A DNA stretch of 64,000 bases, taken from Podarcis muralis. Its lineage: Eukaryota. The translations under genes and the position numbers were made by a program. The stretch is taken from positions 57,040,001-57,104,000 of the forward strand of contig NC_135667.1 in the NCBI RefSeq assembly GCF_964188315.1, in the 5' to 3' direction. Under the pieces are notes generated by a model that did no database searches, had not been told where the DNA came from, and saw only the letters and a list, made by a program, of their open reading frames with translations. Each line of letters begins with the position of its first letter. Within the stretch, counting starts at the first letter, position 1. Shown piece after piece: positions 12,391-25,399 of this stretch.

Positions 12391-12635
12391 TTAAAGAAAA
12401 AGACTATATATGTTTGGAAATGAGTAATTCTTAGATCTGTTAAGGCAGAAATGGGCTGGTAGGATAGTGTTTTGGGTGGCATACATTCTGAGGTTGAAGA
12501 ATGGCTTCTTAGGCTGGGCCCCCATTTCAAGTCCAGATTGAGATCTAGGTTTTCTTTTGTATGACAATGTGTGTTTCCTAGCTTTCTGCCTCTTTTCTAT
12601 TTTCTTCTGGTACTCACTTGGAGGAAGAAGAGAAT
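12391..12635 (-). CDS. Candidate terminal exon of the C7orf57 homologue (one of several options)
   Basis: Acceptor gtttcttacag|AT in phase 1 fits the 13336 donor; open to TAA at 12391; no recognised homology. Confidence 0.3.
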
Positions 12636-13335
12636 CTGTAAGAAACAACAGAAAAGGAATTCTTTATTTAATATGCATTCATGTCATAAAATAAGCCTCA
12701 GTTGCTTTAATAGTCTTACAAGGTATTTGTTAGGGGGCAAATGAGCTAAAAAGGTGTCCAAAAGCTTTTGAATACAATAGGATATTTGCACAGGCTTCAT
12801 TCTGTAAATGCTATTATCTTATTAGAAGGCAAGTCTTTTCAAAAGGAGCATTGAAAAATAAATATTATATTTGGGTGCCATTTATCCATGCTACCTTGCA
12901 TCTTTAAGTGGAATTATGATTTGGCATAAGCAACGATGTCCGATGTCAGACTAAAGTCCAGTACATGCTGCCCTGGAAGCAATTTCCATTGGAGTTTACA
13001 GAAGTTACATATAAAACTGTGTAAAGGTTTAGTGTATAACATACAGCACTCAAGTAGTTTATTTTCTATATGCTCTACAAATACTGCAGAATGAATGCAG
13101 ATTAAGTTAGCTCTACTCTATCTGAACAGAAACAAAATCCCAAAAACTTGTCCCGAATAAACAATATACCGGGTTTGTAGGCAATACAAAGAATAAGCTA
13201 TGAATTGAAGCCCAATTTCCATATATCTACTGGAATGTTTTATGGGATTAATACACATATTTGCATAGGTCTACGTTACAAAGAAAGACATAGGTCAGTA
13301 AATACTGCTTATTTTTTTAAAGTCTAAAATGTTAC

Positions 13336-13451
13336 CATTAGGCTGCGAGTTCTTTTTCTCCCAGTCATCACGCTGTTGAAGCCACTCATCTCCATAACCA
13401 CTGCTGATCAGTTTGCTGAAGTTTACAGGTTCGTTTTTTTTGTGAGCAGGC
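13336..13451 (-). CDS. C7orf57: C7orf57 homologue exon
   Basis: 116 bp, phase 2 to 1; PAHKKNEPVNFSKLISSGYGDEWLQQRDDWEKK resembles human NFSKLISNGYKDEWLQQ. Confidence 0.88.
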
Positions 13452-14899
13452 CTATACGAGAACACCAAACAAGAAGCAAGCCTTTTATCAAAACTGGTAC
13501 CCATCTTTTCTTTTTCTTTACTATGATAACATTTTTTAAAAATAGGCAAATAAAAGTCGTTGACATTTTTAGAAGAGTGCCATGAGTCCAAATGGTCAAT
13601 GGTTATACCTGGCGCCATGGTTTTTCAACAGTTACTTACAATAATTTACTGTTAGTGTTGACAACAAACACTATGGGGAACCTGATGGTCATCAGAGCAT
13701 CCCAATGCAAACATACAGAGAAGCAGAGCCAAAGAATTACATTAGGTGGATCCAAATGTTTGAACATGTCTGGTGAGGTTTTTAAACACCAGATCTCTGT
13801 GCTATATTAAAAAGTGTTTTTGAAGCTTCCTTTTGTATTCGAAGCATTCTGGCTTTGTGGCAAAAAGGCCTCTAGTAGAAGTATTTGCATGGTTCTTTGA
13901 ATGCCAGCTGGTAAAACAGATCCACGTGCAAATCTTCACATAGGGACAACATACATTGATGCACACCTTCTCAACATCCAGCAGTGAAGAAAAAGTTGCT
14001 TCAAGTAACCCCAGTCAAAACAGGAACTAATGGTAAATATGAATGACTAAGACAAGTAACTTACGTGATCGAAAGACGTCAAGCCTACAGCAATCCCAAA
14101 TGATATCAGGGGCATGCATTGCTGAGAGGGCGCAAGATGGCACAACCAGGCACCCCCACAACAGGCTCCCTCCCTCACCAAGCTGTGCCCTGGCTGGGCC
14201 TTCAGGGCTGCAGCAGCAGCACCTCCTTCTCCTCATGGCCGGCTGAGAGGGAGGAGGATGGCGGCAGCAGCAGCGCCACCCACCAAGGAGAGGCGAGAGC
14301 CTCTGGCAGCCGTTGCTGGTCTGCCCTCACTGTGAGCTGGCTTTGAGCCTTTCTCCATCCATCCCCTTGCCTCACTCGCTGCCGGCTCAGACCACTGTGG
14401 CTTGGTAAGCGATGAGGGCTTGGGTCCGCGCAGCCGCACTCTGCCCCCGCCCCAGCACACACACACGCATCCTGGGTGCAGAGAACCTGTGCTACGCCCT
14501 TGAATATGTTCCCAAAATAAAGCAAGGTGTACTCTGGTCTCCATTTTCACCTGTTCCAGATTACCAGTCATGTAACATGACATCCAACGAGGCTTCTCAT
14601 CTGGTACACTGACAAATAACTGAAACAGTGTACATATGGTAATCTAGGGTAGTTTTTAATAAACTACACTTTTTTAAAAAGTGTGCATACTGCCTCCCAA
14701 ATATATCTTATTGTGATTATATGCTTATTGTTAAGATCAGCATATAGCCATCACTATGATGCAATACACTAATTCATACTCAAACTGAACTGGAGCAAAG
14801 GGTAACAATTTTATGCACAGCTTTACACTGGCAAGTTGAGTACTTGCACATCCATCTGTAAGGTCTGGATTTAAAACACAGCAATTATATTTAGCTAAC

Positions 14900-15000
14900 A
14901 TTGGAGGGAAGTAGAGTCGGTTTCCTCCATGAAATTCTTTAGTTGCAATAGGTTGTGGTGTTCTGTGTGGGTATCTTGGCGTTATAGCAGGAAGCTTTAT
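14900..15000 (-). CDS. C7orf57: C7orf57 homologue exon
   Basis: 101 bp, phase 0 to 2; IKLPAITPRYPHRTPQPIATKEFHGGNRLYFPPM resembles human LRLPAI ... RLSFPP. Confidence 0.85.
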
Positions 15001-18000
15001 CTGTGTAAAAAAGATAATGCTAATTCAGTAATGGACATACATATACCTATGATTAAAACAGGTTGAAATAACAGCTAAAAAGGAAGAATATTCCCTGCAA
15101 TATATTCTGTAGCAATCTGTACATGGCTCCTGTATTAGGCTCCTGTTTTTGTGATGTTGTCGCTCAAAGTAATCTGATCTGTCTAGGCTGAGAAATAAAA
15201 AAGTTTGATATGTGATGACTAGAACTTTTGAGTTGGGCTGATCAAGACTGGACCCGTTCCCCATATGCTATAAACCCAATTCAAATCAGTTGTAACACAA
15301 CATGTAGATTGACCCTTAGCATTACTTCCAAAGGGTGGTTAAGGTTGCTTAGTTTCTGTTAGGGCTTTATGCAAGGTTAAGTGCACCTTTAACGTGCAGG
15401 TTTTAAATATGTACACTGAAGTGAGACGGTGTTGGAAGGAGCATGTGTGCAAGTTCACATTTGCAATGTTGTGTCTGCACTACCTGTGTTTATTCAAGTT
15501 CTGATTACCAGTGGTATGTGCCATTTGAATGCTAAAATTGTAAGCTTTATCTTAAAATATGAGGGCCAAACTGCCCGTGCTGTTATATGCCTCTTTAAAT
15601 TTTGTGTGCAGATTTGGAAGGAAATCCCCCACTGGTGACAATTTAGGATTTCCTCCTCACCCTACAAAGCAAATACCAGAGGAGGGGTTTTCCTCGGGAG
15701 GAAGGCAGAGAGTTAAAATTGCTTTATAAACTTGCTGGGATTCCAGTTACGATTACCATCCTGCATGTTAAATACAAGAACACATTTAAAATCTTGTCAA
15801 GTTTAGTCTCAGGTTTTAAGAAAAAGCTCACATTTTCGAGCAGGTGCATACTTCAGAATGACAAAACTTGAGTATACACAGGGTGATGCATACAGAAACT
15901 TCAGAATTTATTAACCAAGGTAACAGTGGAATATGAGCTTCCACGTGCCCATCCCAGCCCCTCCACCACAGTGAACTCCTTAGTCAGGCTGATTGGAATA
16001 CTAAAAGAGCACTGATTGGAACAGTACTAAAAAGCTTTTCATGCTAACCAGTTTTATTCTTTACCAGAATCTGAAACTTTGAAGCTGGCTAGAAAACTAC
16101 TAAAAATACAAATGCATCCAGGAATCAACCCTGACTTTTAAAAGGAGGGGAGGCCACAGCAGTAACTTGGAGAAAGATTTCGCAATGATGTGCTGATGGA
16201 ATCGCCAAATACCTGTTTCTTGGCTTAGTCTTTAAAATGGTCAATTTGAGATTTTCCCTCTGTCTTTAATCAAATCCAATTCTAGTTTCAGAAAAACTCA
16301 CCTCTTCTTTTGTGCTGCCTGGAGAGCCCTCAACTTGTACTCCATTTTCCTGTTGGGATTTAAAAAAACAAACAAAACATAATTTAAGTAATAGATCTTA
16401 AAGATAACAGAAAAGAGATCAGGAAAGAGTGTTTAATGTTTTACAAAAATGATCAGCTTGGTCACATAAAGTGTATACTACCTGACTTGCCTCCGAACAA
16501 ACTTCATTTCAGAAAGAATAGAACCTTTCTGCTGGGGTGGGGGGCAAGGTAAAATTTAAATCATGAAAATGATGTACACAAATATTATGTCTCCTCTCTG
16601 AGCCACAGCTCCAGCAAGATTCTGATACTGCTTTTAAATTTTTTAAAAAGGTAACCCTCAACAGATCCCTTTGTTCCTGATCATCCCATTTCACATCTAG
16701 TTCCATACTCTTTAGAAACAGAGTATGGAAGCTTTAATAATAATATAAAAAGATAACCAGTGTTCCTGAAAACACTCCCAAATAAACATTAACGTTCAGA
16801 AAAAAAGAACATATATTCTGGAAGCTGAAAAGAATGGATCTATAATCACTTGAATAACCTGATCTAGAATGCACAAGAGGCTTCCATGTTTTTAATGAGA
16901 CCTGAGAAGAACCCTCTGGGATTAAAATGTTTTTGTACTGTGATATGTCCTTAAGGATTTATTTCTTTACCTGGAACCAACACACTTTCCCCTGATAGAA
17001 TAAACTAAGGAGGCTGAACTTTAAACAGTACTCCTGGCTAGTATTTCTTATATCCTGACAAAACAATTAAAACCCATAACTCTAAGTAAGCAGGTATCTG
17101 AAAATAGTTTATGACTGCAATCCAGTAATGTACTTATCTGAGAGTTAGGCCCATTAGACCCAATGGGACTTGCTTCTGAGAAGATATATAAAATGAAAGT
17201 TTCAGAAAGCTAATGAAATTTAAATCCAAGATTTCAGCAGTTATTTCTCAAGATTTAGCCATAAGGGTTGGCCATCAGGCAATTAAATTAAGTTTATATG
17301 TGATTCCTGTTGAAGGACAAAAGCCACACTATCCATTCAAAGTTAATTTCACCCAATTCAGTGGGAGAGGTTTTAATCAGAACAACTTTGCTACTGAAAT
17401 CAACTACTATGCTTCATTTTGGCTGAATTGTGCCCAATATTACTTCAGAGGGATCCTTAAAAGAGCTGGGAGACAAATGCAGCAAAGTAAGATACTATGA
17501 CCTGGTTTGCATGCGGTGCTATGCCAAACTATGGTTCGGTGTTACGAAGCAAGGATGCTGGTGCAGAGAGCAACAATCTCACCTGCGTCACTTCTTCCCC
17601 AGTCCTGCTGTTGCCACGAATGTCCTCAAAGGGCACAAGAAGCTATCCCTGAACAGAGAAATCTCTTTCCCATTTAGTCAAGGTCTTAGTTTGACAAAAT
17701 TTGTATAAATTAAGCAGGGAAATTAAAAAACAAACCAACCTGATAATAATTTTATTAGTTTGTCAGCTTAATTACAATGATACAAAAAGCATCTTAAGTC
17801 ATAACCAGGATGACAGAATGAGTTGGAACGCCACCTCCCCCCCCCCCCCGCCAGGGTCATCTAGTTCAAATCCCTGCAATGCAGGAACCTCAACCAAGTT
17901 ACATAAGAAATTTACACCCTTCAAAGGGATTATTTCACACTATATTCTTCACTAGTGGGAAGTGCCTGGCACTTCCCAGGAATCTGAAGAAACCCCAAAA

Positions 18001-18149
18001 TATTGCGATTTTTCAAAGGATAGTGTAATTAGTGAGTTTTAGGGCTGTGCACAACTATCCACTTACCCACCCGGGCTTCACCCTTCCCTGGGGAATGCTT
18101 GACCCAGCCCCAAATCAATTTGAGTGTGGCAAAGGGAGCTAATGTTTAC

Positions 18150-19290
18150 TTAGTGTTATTCTGGCCTGTCATCTTGAGTCAACGTGTCATCTGGTATCTA
18201 AACATAGACCACCTCCTCCACCTTGGGAACGATCGTGCTGACGCTATCTCTTCAAAGGCATCTAAGCTTGGCACTGGTTGGCAACGTAAGAGTAAGTAAG
18301 AAGAGTTTGGATTTGATATCCCACCTTTCACTCCCTTTAAGGAGTCTCAAAGCGACTAACAATCTCCTTTCCCTTCCTCCCCCACCACAAACACTCTGTG
18401 AGGTGAGTGGGGCTAGGAGACTTCTGAGAAGTGTGACTAGCCCAAGATCACCCAGCAGCTGCAGGTGGAGGAGCGGAGATGCAAACCCGGTTCCCCAGAT
18501 TACAAGACTACCGCTCTTAACCACTACACCACACTGGCTCCCATCAGATCACATCAGATTTGGCACAAATCACATCAGATTTGGCAAAGTTCCACCAAAC
18601 AGGGTGATAGTATCTTTAGAGGTGTACAATTCTGCGTAATTTGGACCCATCATGCTATATTGGGCAAAGTCATATATCAATCCGTAATCTTGAGTCAACA
18701 TGGTGCCCAGTGTCCAACTGTAGGATTAGACCACCACCTCTACCTTGGGAACTCTCTTGCTGGGTTTGGTGATGTTATCTCAAGAGGCATCTAAATTGGT
18801 GCAAGTTGGAACTGTCATTCCAAATTGGGCAAAGTCCTATAAAATGGGGTGACAATATCTTCAGAGGTATAAAAATCTGTGTACTTTGAACCCATCCTAC
18901 CAAATTGAGCAGTTACACCAAAGTCACATTTCGGTCTGCCACCTTGATTCAAAATGGTGCCTTGTGTCCAAAGACAGATGCATATTGCCACCTCCATATG
19001 AGGAACCCTGATGCAGTTTGGGGACAATATCTCAAGAGGCATCCAAACTGGTGCAGGTAGGAACTACCCTGCCAAATGGGGCAACAATATCTTCAGAACC
19101 ATCCAAATTGGTGTAGTCTGGACCCATTACACCAAAAACCAGGCAAACTCACACCAAAGTCACATTTTGATCTGCCATCTTGATTCAAAATGGTGCCTTG
19201 GCATCCAAACATTGATGAAAGCTGCCATCTCCCCCTCGGGAACCCTTGTACAGAGTTTGGCAACAATACAGTATCTTGAGAGGTAGCCAG
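18150..19290. repeat. Degenerate tandem array, about 4 units of 235-255 bp
   Basis: caccaaagtcacattt at 18916 and 19152; tctcaagaggcatc at 18778 and 19030; atcttgagtcaac at 18171 and 18687. Confidence 0.7.
18296..18540 (-). mobile_element. Full-length tRNA-headed squamate SINE
   Basis: Minus-strand head gagccagtgtggtgtagtggttaagagcgg and tail gatatcaaatccaaactcttctt. Confidence 0.8.
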
Positions 19291-19959
19291 ACCCATAGAG
19301 AACAGAGACATACAGAAAAACGACTATCCAAAATATATGCTAGATTTTAGCACCCAAATACCATACTTTTTCCAAAAAAATGTTGATTTCTATAAACTGT
19401 AGGCACACTCCAGCTGTTTCTAAAAGTGACAAAAAGTACAAGTGTCTGCACCCCAGCCCCCAAATCTGCTGCAGTTCATGGAAGACATTATATATGAGGA
19501 TTGTGTTGTTAAGTCCTACAACACATTCTGGGGCTGGAAGGTAAAGGAAGGGTCTGCAACTAGTCTAGTTTTAAGGATTCTGGAGTCTATACAGAGCCAA
19601 CATCAATTTAGCCGCTGATAGTTTCTTTCCAGTTCTAGGACACAGCTTGGTTCTGAATGAAACAGCATCATATGGTGACATTTCATGTTCAGTGCAAATA
19701 AATTTGTGTAATTCAATAGAAAAAAATATTATGATTATTTTCATTTATTACCCACCTTTCATCCTAAGGCCCCATGGCAGTGATTATTATGTGACCTTAG
19801 GGTGAAAGTTGGGTAATAACTGGTTTCCCACAGGCATCTGGCTGACCACTATGACAGCAGGAGGCTGGAGTGGGCGGGCCATTGGCCTTGTCCAGCAGAG
19901 CTCTTCTTACGGAGAGGTATATTTTTAGGACCCACCTGATTTTTGTGATTGTAAGTTGC

Positions 19960-21070
19960 TTTGGGGCCTGAGTCAATCAGAGCTATAAACACTGTGAACA
20001 CCATGGGCTCAGAAACAAACTGGCCACTAGTGCAGCTGTTTTAAAACAGGGGTTATGTGAGATCGAAACAGAACGCCAGCCAGTAATCTGGCCGCTGCAC
20101 TTTGGACTAATTGAAGCTCCTGCTGTGTCTTCAAGGGCAGCCCCACACAGAACAGAGTGCAACAATATGATCTGGAAGTTATCACAGCATGGAGTACAGT
20201 GACCAAATTGCTTTGTTTAAAAGGTGTCGTAGCTGGTGAACCAGCCACAGTTGGGGGAAAAGGCACTCCTGGTCACCAAGGCCACCTGAGCCTCCAGGGT
20301 CAGCGCTGAATTCAAAAACACTCCCAGGCTGTAGACCTGCTCTCACCAGAACAAGCCATCTCCTCACCTCCTGGACATCAGAACTTGGGACACATAACAC
20401 CTCTGTCTTTTCAGGATTCAGCTTCAGTTTAATGGCCCCCATCCAAACCACTGCCTCCAAGCACCTGTCTAACACCTCAACTGCCTCTCCTGATTCAGAT
20501 GAAACAGAGAGGTAGAACTGGGTGTCATCTGCATACTGATGACGTTCCACTCCAAATCTCCTGATCACAGAACCAGAGACCTCATATAGATGTTAAATAG
20601 CATGGGAAACAAGATACGACCCTATGGGACACTACAGGACACCAAATGCTAGCCTCCCATAACTACTTCTTAGAAATGTCCCAGGAAGTAGGAGTGGACC
20701 CACTGAAGTACAAGGTCCCCAGCCCCAACCTCCCTGAGACAATATGCTCCTCTAGAAGGATATTGTGGTTAATAGGATTGAAAGCCACCAAGAGATCAAG
20801 CAGAACAAGCAAACTCAAGCTCCCATCTCTTTCCCAACAAATGTCATCAACCCAAGTGGCCAATGTGGTTTCAGTGCCACGGGCAGGCCTGAAACCAGAG
20901 TGGAATGGATCCAAGTAATCAGTTTCCTCCAAGCATGCCTGCAGCTGGACCAACTTATCGAGCACCTTGCCCCCAAAGGGGATATGATCATTTTTAAACA
21001 CTTCCACAAATTCTATGAAATGAGCCAGTCTGGCTGCTCCTGCCTATCAATGTTTTTAGCCAATGAGTGA
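19960..21070 (-). mobile_element. L2-type LINE ORF2 relic
   Basis: LDPFHSGFRP..GTETTL ... LLDL.VAF ... HQYADDTQFYLS ... KLKLNPEKTEV ... LQLVQSAAARLL. Confidence 0.9.
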
Positions 21071-21967
21071 AGACGGATTTGTGACTGACAAGTGAGCTGT
21101 TTGGATACCAGATAACAGGAAACGCTGGGTCCTAAAGAGCTGCTCTTCCACCTGCCCTTTAGTGCACTTTTCCTGCTTCTGTCTTATTTTTTAGTTCCTG
21201 GAATCTCTGTAGTTTGTCCTCTTGCTTTCCCTAGCAGCCAGGTTGCATTTTGTTTGTGGTGGCTTCATCTGAGATCAGGTAGTTTCTAGAGGTTATTTTC
21301 TGCAAATACTGTTAAACAATGTTTGAGTGGATGTTAACTTCAAAAGGAAAATTTGAAACATTTGCTAAGGGGCATGTCACCTGCTGTACAGCAGTTCAAG
21401 ATCAAGCACTCATTAAGAATTCACTGTATAGGTAACTTACAGTATAATGTAATCTACTCAGAAGTAAGTTTCTTTTTATTTAATGGAGCTTGCTCCCAGG
21501 TAAGTGGATGCAGGATGGCAGCCTAGGCTTTGGTTTAGGGTTGGCACTGGGGCGAAACAGGCATTTCTGCATTGTAGCAGACAGAAAATCAATAAGTGAA
21601 ACCTTTTTGGTGGGGAAATAAAGTCATGGGAAAAGCTTCACCATGACTGTACTCTCTAATGTTGTGTTATGCCACACTCTCCATGGCAGCTGTGTTGTGT
21701 TATGCCATGTCATTTCCCCATGGTGGCCATTTTTTGATTGGCACCCACAGCAATACCTGATATAGATCTGCCCTGAAATCTATGGATGCAGGGCAGTATA
21801 CAAATTCTAATAATAAGAAGAATAAGAATATATTTTCAACTGCAAATTTGACAGAGACCCACATTATTAGGCAGAGAAATACAAAACACCAGATGTGCTA
21901 GTTCATTGGGATTTGCGTGAGGTGCTGCTGTCCTGACCCACTCACCAACCAAGAGAGATTCACATAC

Positions 21968-22124
21968 CTCTCTTTTCTCTTTGTTCTCTTTGTCTTCAGC
22001 ATCTCTTTGCCAAACACTTTTCATATCAAAATCAAAAGGCCCTCTTTTAGGCTCATAGCTGGCAGGTTGATCAGCCTTAAACTCCTCGTGGACCATGTAG
22101 TCTGGCATAGCTGAAACTCGAGGC
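21968..22124 (-). CDS. C7orf57: C7orf57 homologue exon
   Basis: 157 bp, phase 2 to 0; PRVSAMPDYMVHEEFKADQ ... KRGPFDFDMKSVWQRDAE resembles human MPDYMVHEEF ... RRGPFDFDMKTVWQRE. Confidence 0.93.
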
Positions 22125-22280
22125 CTGCAGAAAACAGTTTTACCGTTTACTGTGAAGTATTTTGTTATGAAAGGTTCCAGGTGCTTCCAAATGCTGTGAC
22201 ATTTTCTTCCTTTCAACATTCTTCAACTCCACTCTTCCTCAGTCACCCAAAAGAGATTAGCATGAAGACAGAATACTTAC

Positions 22281-22404
22281 TTAGACTCATCAGCTGCTGC
22301 TGCTGCTGCTGCTGCTGGTTTCCCATGATGTGTATACCACTCAGGTGCACCATAAGACCCCAGAGACACTTTCCGTGGAGTAGGTGTAAAATGTCTCAAC
22401 AAGT
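22281..22404 (-). CDS. C7orf57: C7orf57 homologue exon with an Ala8 tract
   Basis: 124 bp, phase 1 to 2, donor GTAAGT; DLLRHFTPTPRKVSLGSYGAPEWYTHHGKPAAAAAAAADES. Confidence 0.9.
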
Positions 22405-23441
22405 CTTAAGTGAAGGAGACAAAGTTATTTAAGTTTTGTTTTTTTAAGCAAGTAGATAACTAGTTTTCTGGACATTATTAAAACAAGAGGGCAATATAAA
22501 AAATGCTTCATTCTATCCCTCCCCATGAGATTAAGGGGCAAACTATACTAGGTGACAGAGACCTACGACAGGATCTCCTGGTGCTGGCCCTGCCACTAGT
22601 ATGCAGCCTGTAATCACATTTCCCTGAGGGAATGTGGTCCTTGGCCCTGAGAAGGTCGTCCACTGCTGCTCTAACCAATGTGCCTTCCCAACAAATGTTT
22701 CAAGCATGATTTTTTTTTAAGTAGACGGAGAAACTTATTTTCTCTCTCACACACATGCTCATGCACCATGGCTCACACACAAATCTGCCTGCCTTCCCCA
22801 ATTCCCTACACTACAAAAAAGAATACTGAAAATATCCAAATAGAGGCAGAAAAGGAGGGAAGGGAAACAGATCAAATGATTTCATTTTTTTTCATTTGAA
22901 TTCAAGAGAAACAATCATTTGTCAGAAGATCTCTACTTACTAACAGAGCAAACCAATATACAGAAATAAAAACACAAAAGCAACTGCATTTATGCCTGGA
23001 TTAACTCCCCTCCATGCTGATTTACAAATAAAATTGTTCCCTGAGGCTGTTACTTATCTGGGGGGAAATGTGCATGTTTCCTCTGATAGCTGCTTTCAGG
23101 TAAGGTGATGCATTTACAGCTTGATTCAATGCACTTTTACTCTGAAGTAAGCCCACTGATTTGAATTGGCCTTACCCAAAGGTAAATATGCAATTTTTAG
23201 TTACGTAAGTATGAATTCAACCAAGATTGCCACAAAAGGTTACAGAATACTGCTAAAATTGTGGGTTCTTTCAAAGCAAAAGAACCTGCATTTCTGCAAC
23301 ATCAAAGCTTTCAGGGTGGCATGGAACATCCATATTTTGTGTTTTTTATCCTCCCCAATGTCCCCAAATTTCTTATAGCACTTTCCAGACCATTTATATG
23401 TATAAGCCTCCTGAAATTGCCATGAGATTCATATGATTTTA

Positions 23442-23690
<249 letters not shown>

Positions 23691-24064
23691 TTATATTAAG
23701 TGGTATAAACTTAATTTGATTTTGTTCTGTGAACCACCCTGAGACCTCCAGGTATAGATAGGGCAGTATATATATTCAATACATAATAATTATAGTTATT
23801 ATAGAAAACAATGAAAAACAGGAAAACTATTCCATTTTTTGTTTTTTTAAAAGCATTTATAAAGAATAATTTATATAACTTCTACTCCCCATTACTACAA
23901 AAATCAATGACCTAATATAACAGGAACCCACACAATTAAAGTCCTGGCTGCCTCTCCTGGTACTGTTCATCAGTTAGAAAGATCAAGGGCATTTCAATGC
24001 CAAGTCAGATAGAAATGTCTCTACATCAGGATAGCCCAACCTGCAGCCCAATGGCCACACATAC

Positions 24065-24150
24065 CCCCCCCAAGCTCTTTCTGTGAACCCCGCAAGGTGC
24101 TTGGCTGCTGCTGTAACCCTCCTGGCTTTCTCCTTTACACTGTTCCTCAT
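24065..24150 (-). CDS. C7orf57: C7orf57 homologue, first coding exon (frame off by one base at a G8 run)
   Basis: MRNSVKE resembles human MRNTSKE; donor GTATGT; the exon ends in phase 2 but the next exon needs phase 1. Confidence 0.65.
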
Positions 24151-24749
24151 TGATCCAAAAGGCATCATTTACTGCCGCTTTCCTGGTCTTCTTTTCCTGC
24201 CCTTTACTGCAAAAACACACCAGTCAAATTGTTTCTTCTTGTCTCCAAGCAGCTCCATGACTGCTTCTGTTGGTCCTCTTTTAGTCTTCTCCTCCAAACT
24301 AGAATCTTGGTCAATTTTTCCCTCCTGGACACAACAACAAGTGTGCACAAGAATGTGTATGTGTGCAAGCATAGGAGTCAACTCCTAGGGGTCAAGGTCC
24401 CTTCGGCCCACCAATAAAATATTTGAGGAGGCAGCTACCCCCCCCCAAAGTTGATGGGCATTGCCATTCAAATGGTGTGTGCACACCACATTTATGTGGG
24501 GTGTGGCTTACCTGGGCTCCCCCAGTATTTTATTCAAGTTGGCACCCCTGCATGGAAGAGAAAATAGGAGCTTTTCTCCTGGTTGCCTGCCTCCCCTTTT
24601 ATTTTTAAATTGCCAAGCATGTAAAGCTGAATGCACACAAGTTAAATGTGCATAAGTAGTGAGCTTACTGTACAAAATGAAGATGTCTAAACACTGTAAA
24701 CACCACAGGATCTAGTTCTGAGAAAGGTATTATACAGTCCGGAACTAAA

Positions 24750-24960
24750 GTTTGAGAAAAGATATATGCACAAAGATGGAAAGATACAGCCCTACCTACT
24801 ATGGGGAAATGGTTGGTAAAATTATTCGACTTAGCCGAGATGGCAAAGTTAATGTGATTAATTAAAGAAAAACCACTGATATTTACTAAGGATTGGAAAC
24901 TTCTTATGGACTTAATTGTGTGAAACAGAAAATGAACTTGTTATAGCTGGATTTTAAGAC
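24750..24960 (+). mobile_element. L1-like LINE ORF2 3' relic
   Basis: YAQRWKDTALPTMGKWLVKLFDLAEMAKL ... FTKDWKLLMD. Confidence 0.6.
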
Positions 24961-25399
24961 TGAAAAAGTATTGGCGTATAGAAAACAGAACCGTTGGATG
25001 TTGATGAGCCTCTAGCTGAGGGCTGGCTGGACGGCAGGGGCTGCCTTGGCAGGTCCCGTTGTCAGGACCACCATTTTCTGCACCTGCCTCTTGCCTTTAT
25101 TTTGCACTGAAGACACTGATCCACAGTCCTTATTCTTTGCTCTGTGCGTCCTATCAAATTCAAATGTACCTAAGCTATTTTCACCAAAATAAAAAAGAGC
25201 GCAGTTTTGAAACGCTTTACATGAGAAATATCACATTTATAAACTGTGTACTTGCCACATGGTGCGTATCGATTTGGGGGTCCACGGGGCTCTTTATTTG
25301 TATTCCTCATACCTGCACAACGGGGAGAACAGGGGGGGGGGGGTTTTCAAAAGGAAGCATTTGGCCAAATCCCTGCCAAAGAAGCCAGGCCAGCCGGCC

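Noticed and set aside
16860-16995. Two more small AG-GT segments near the cryptic exon chain
   Set aside because: The 43-bp one breaks the frame of the chain and the 21-bp one is too short to assess.
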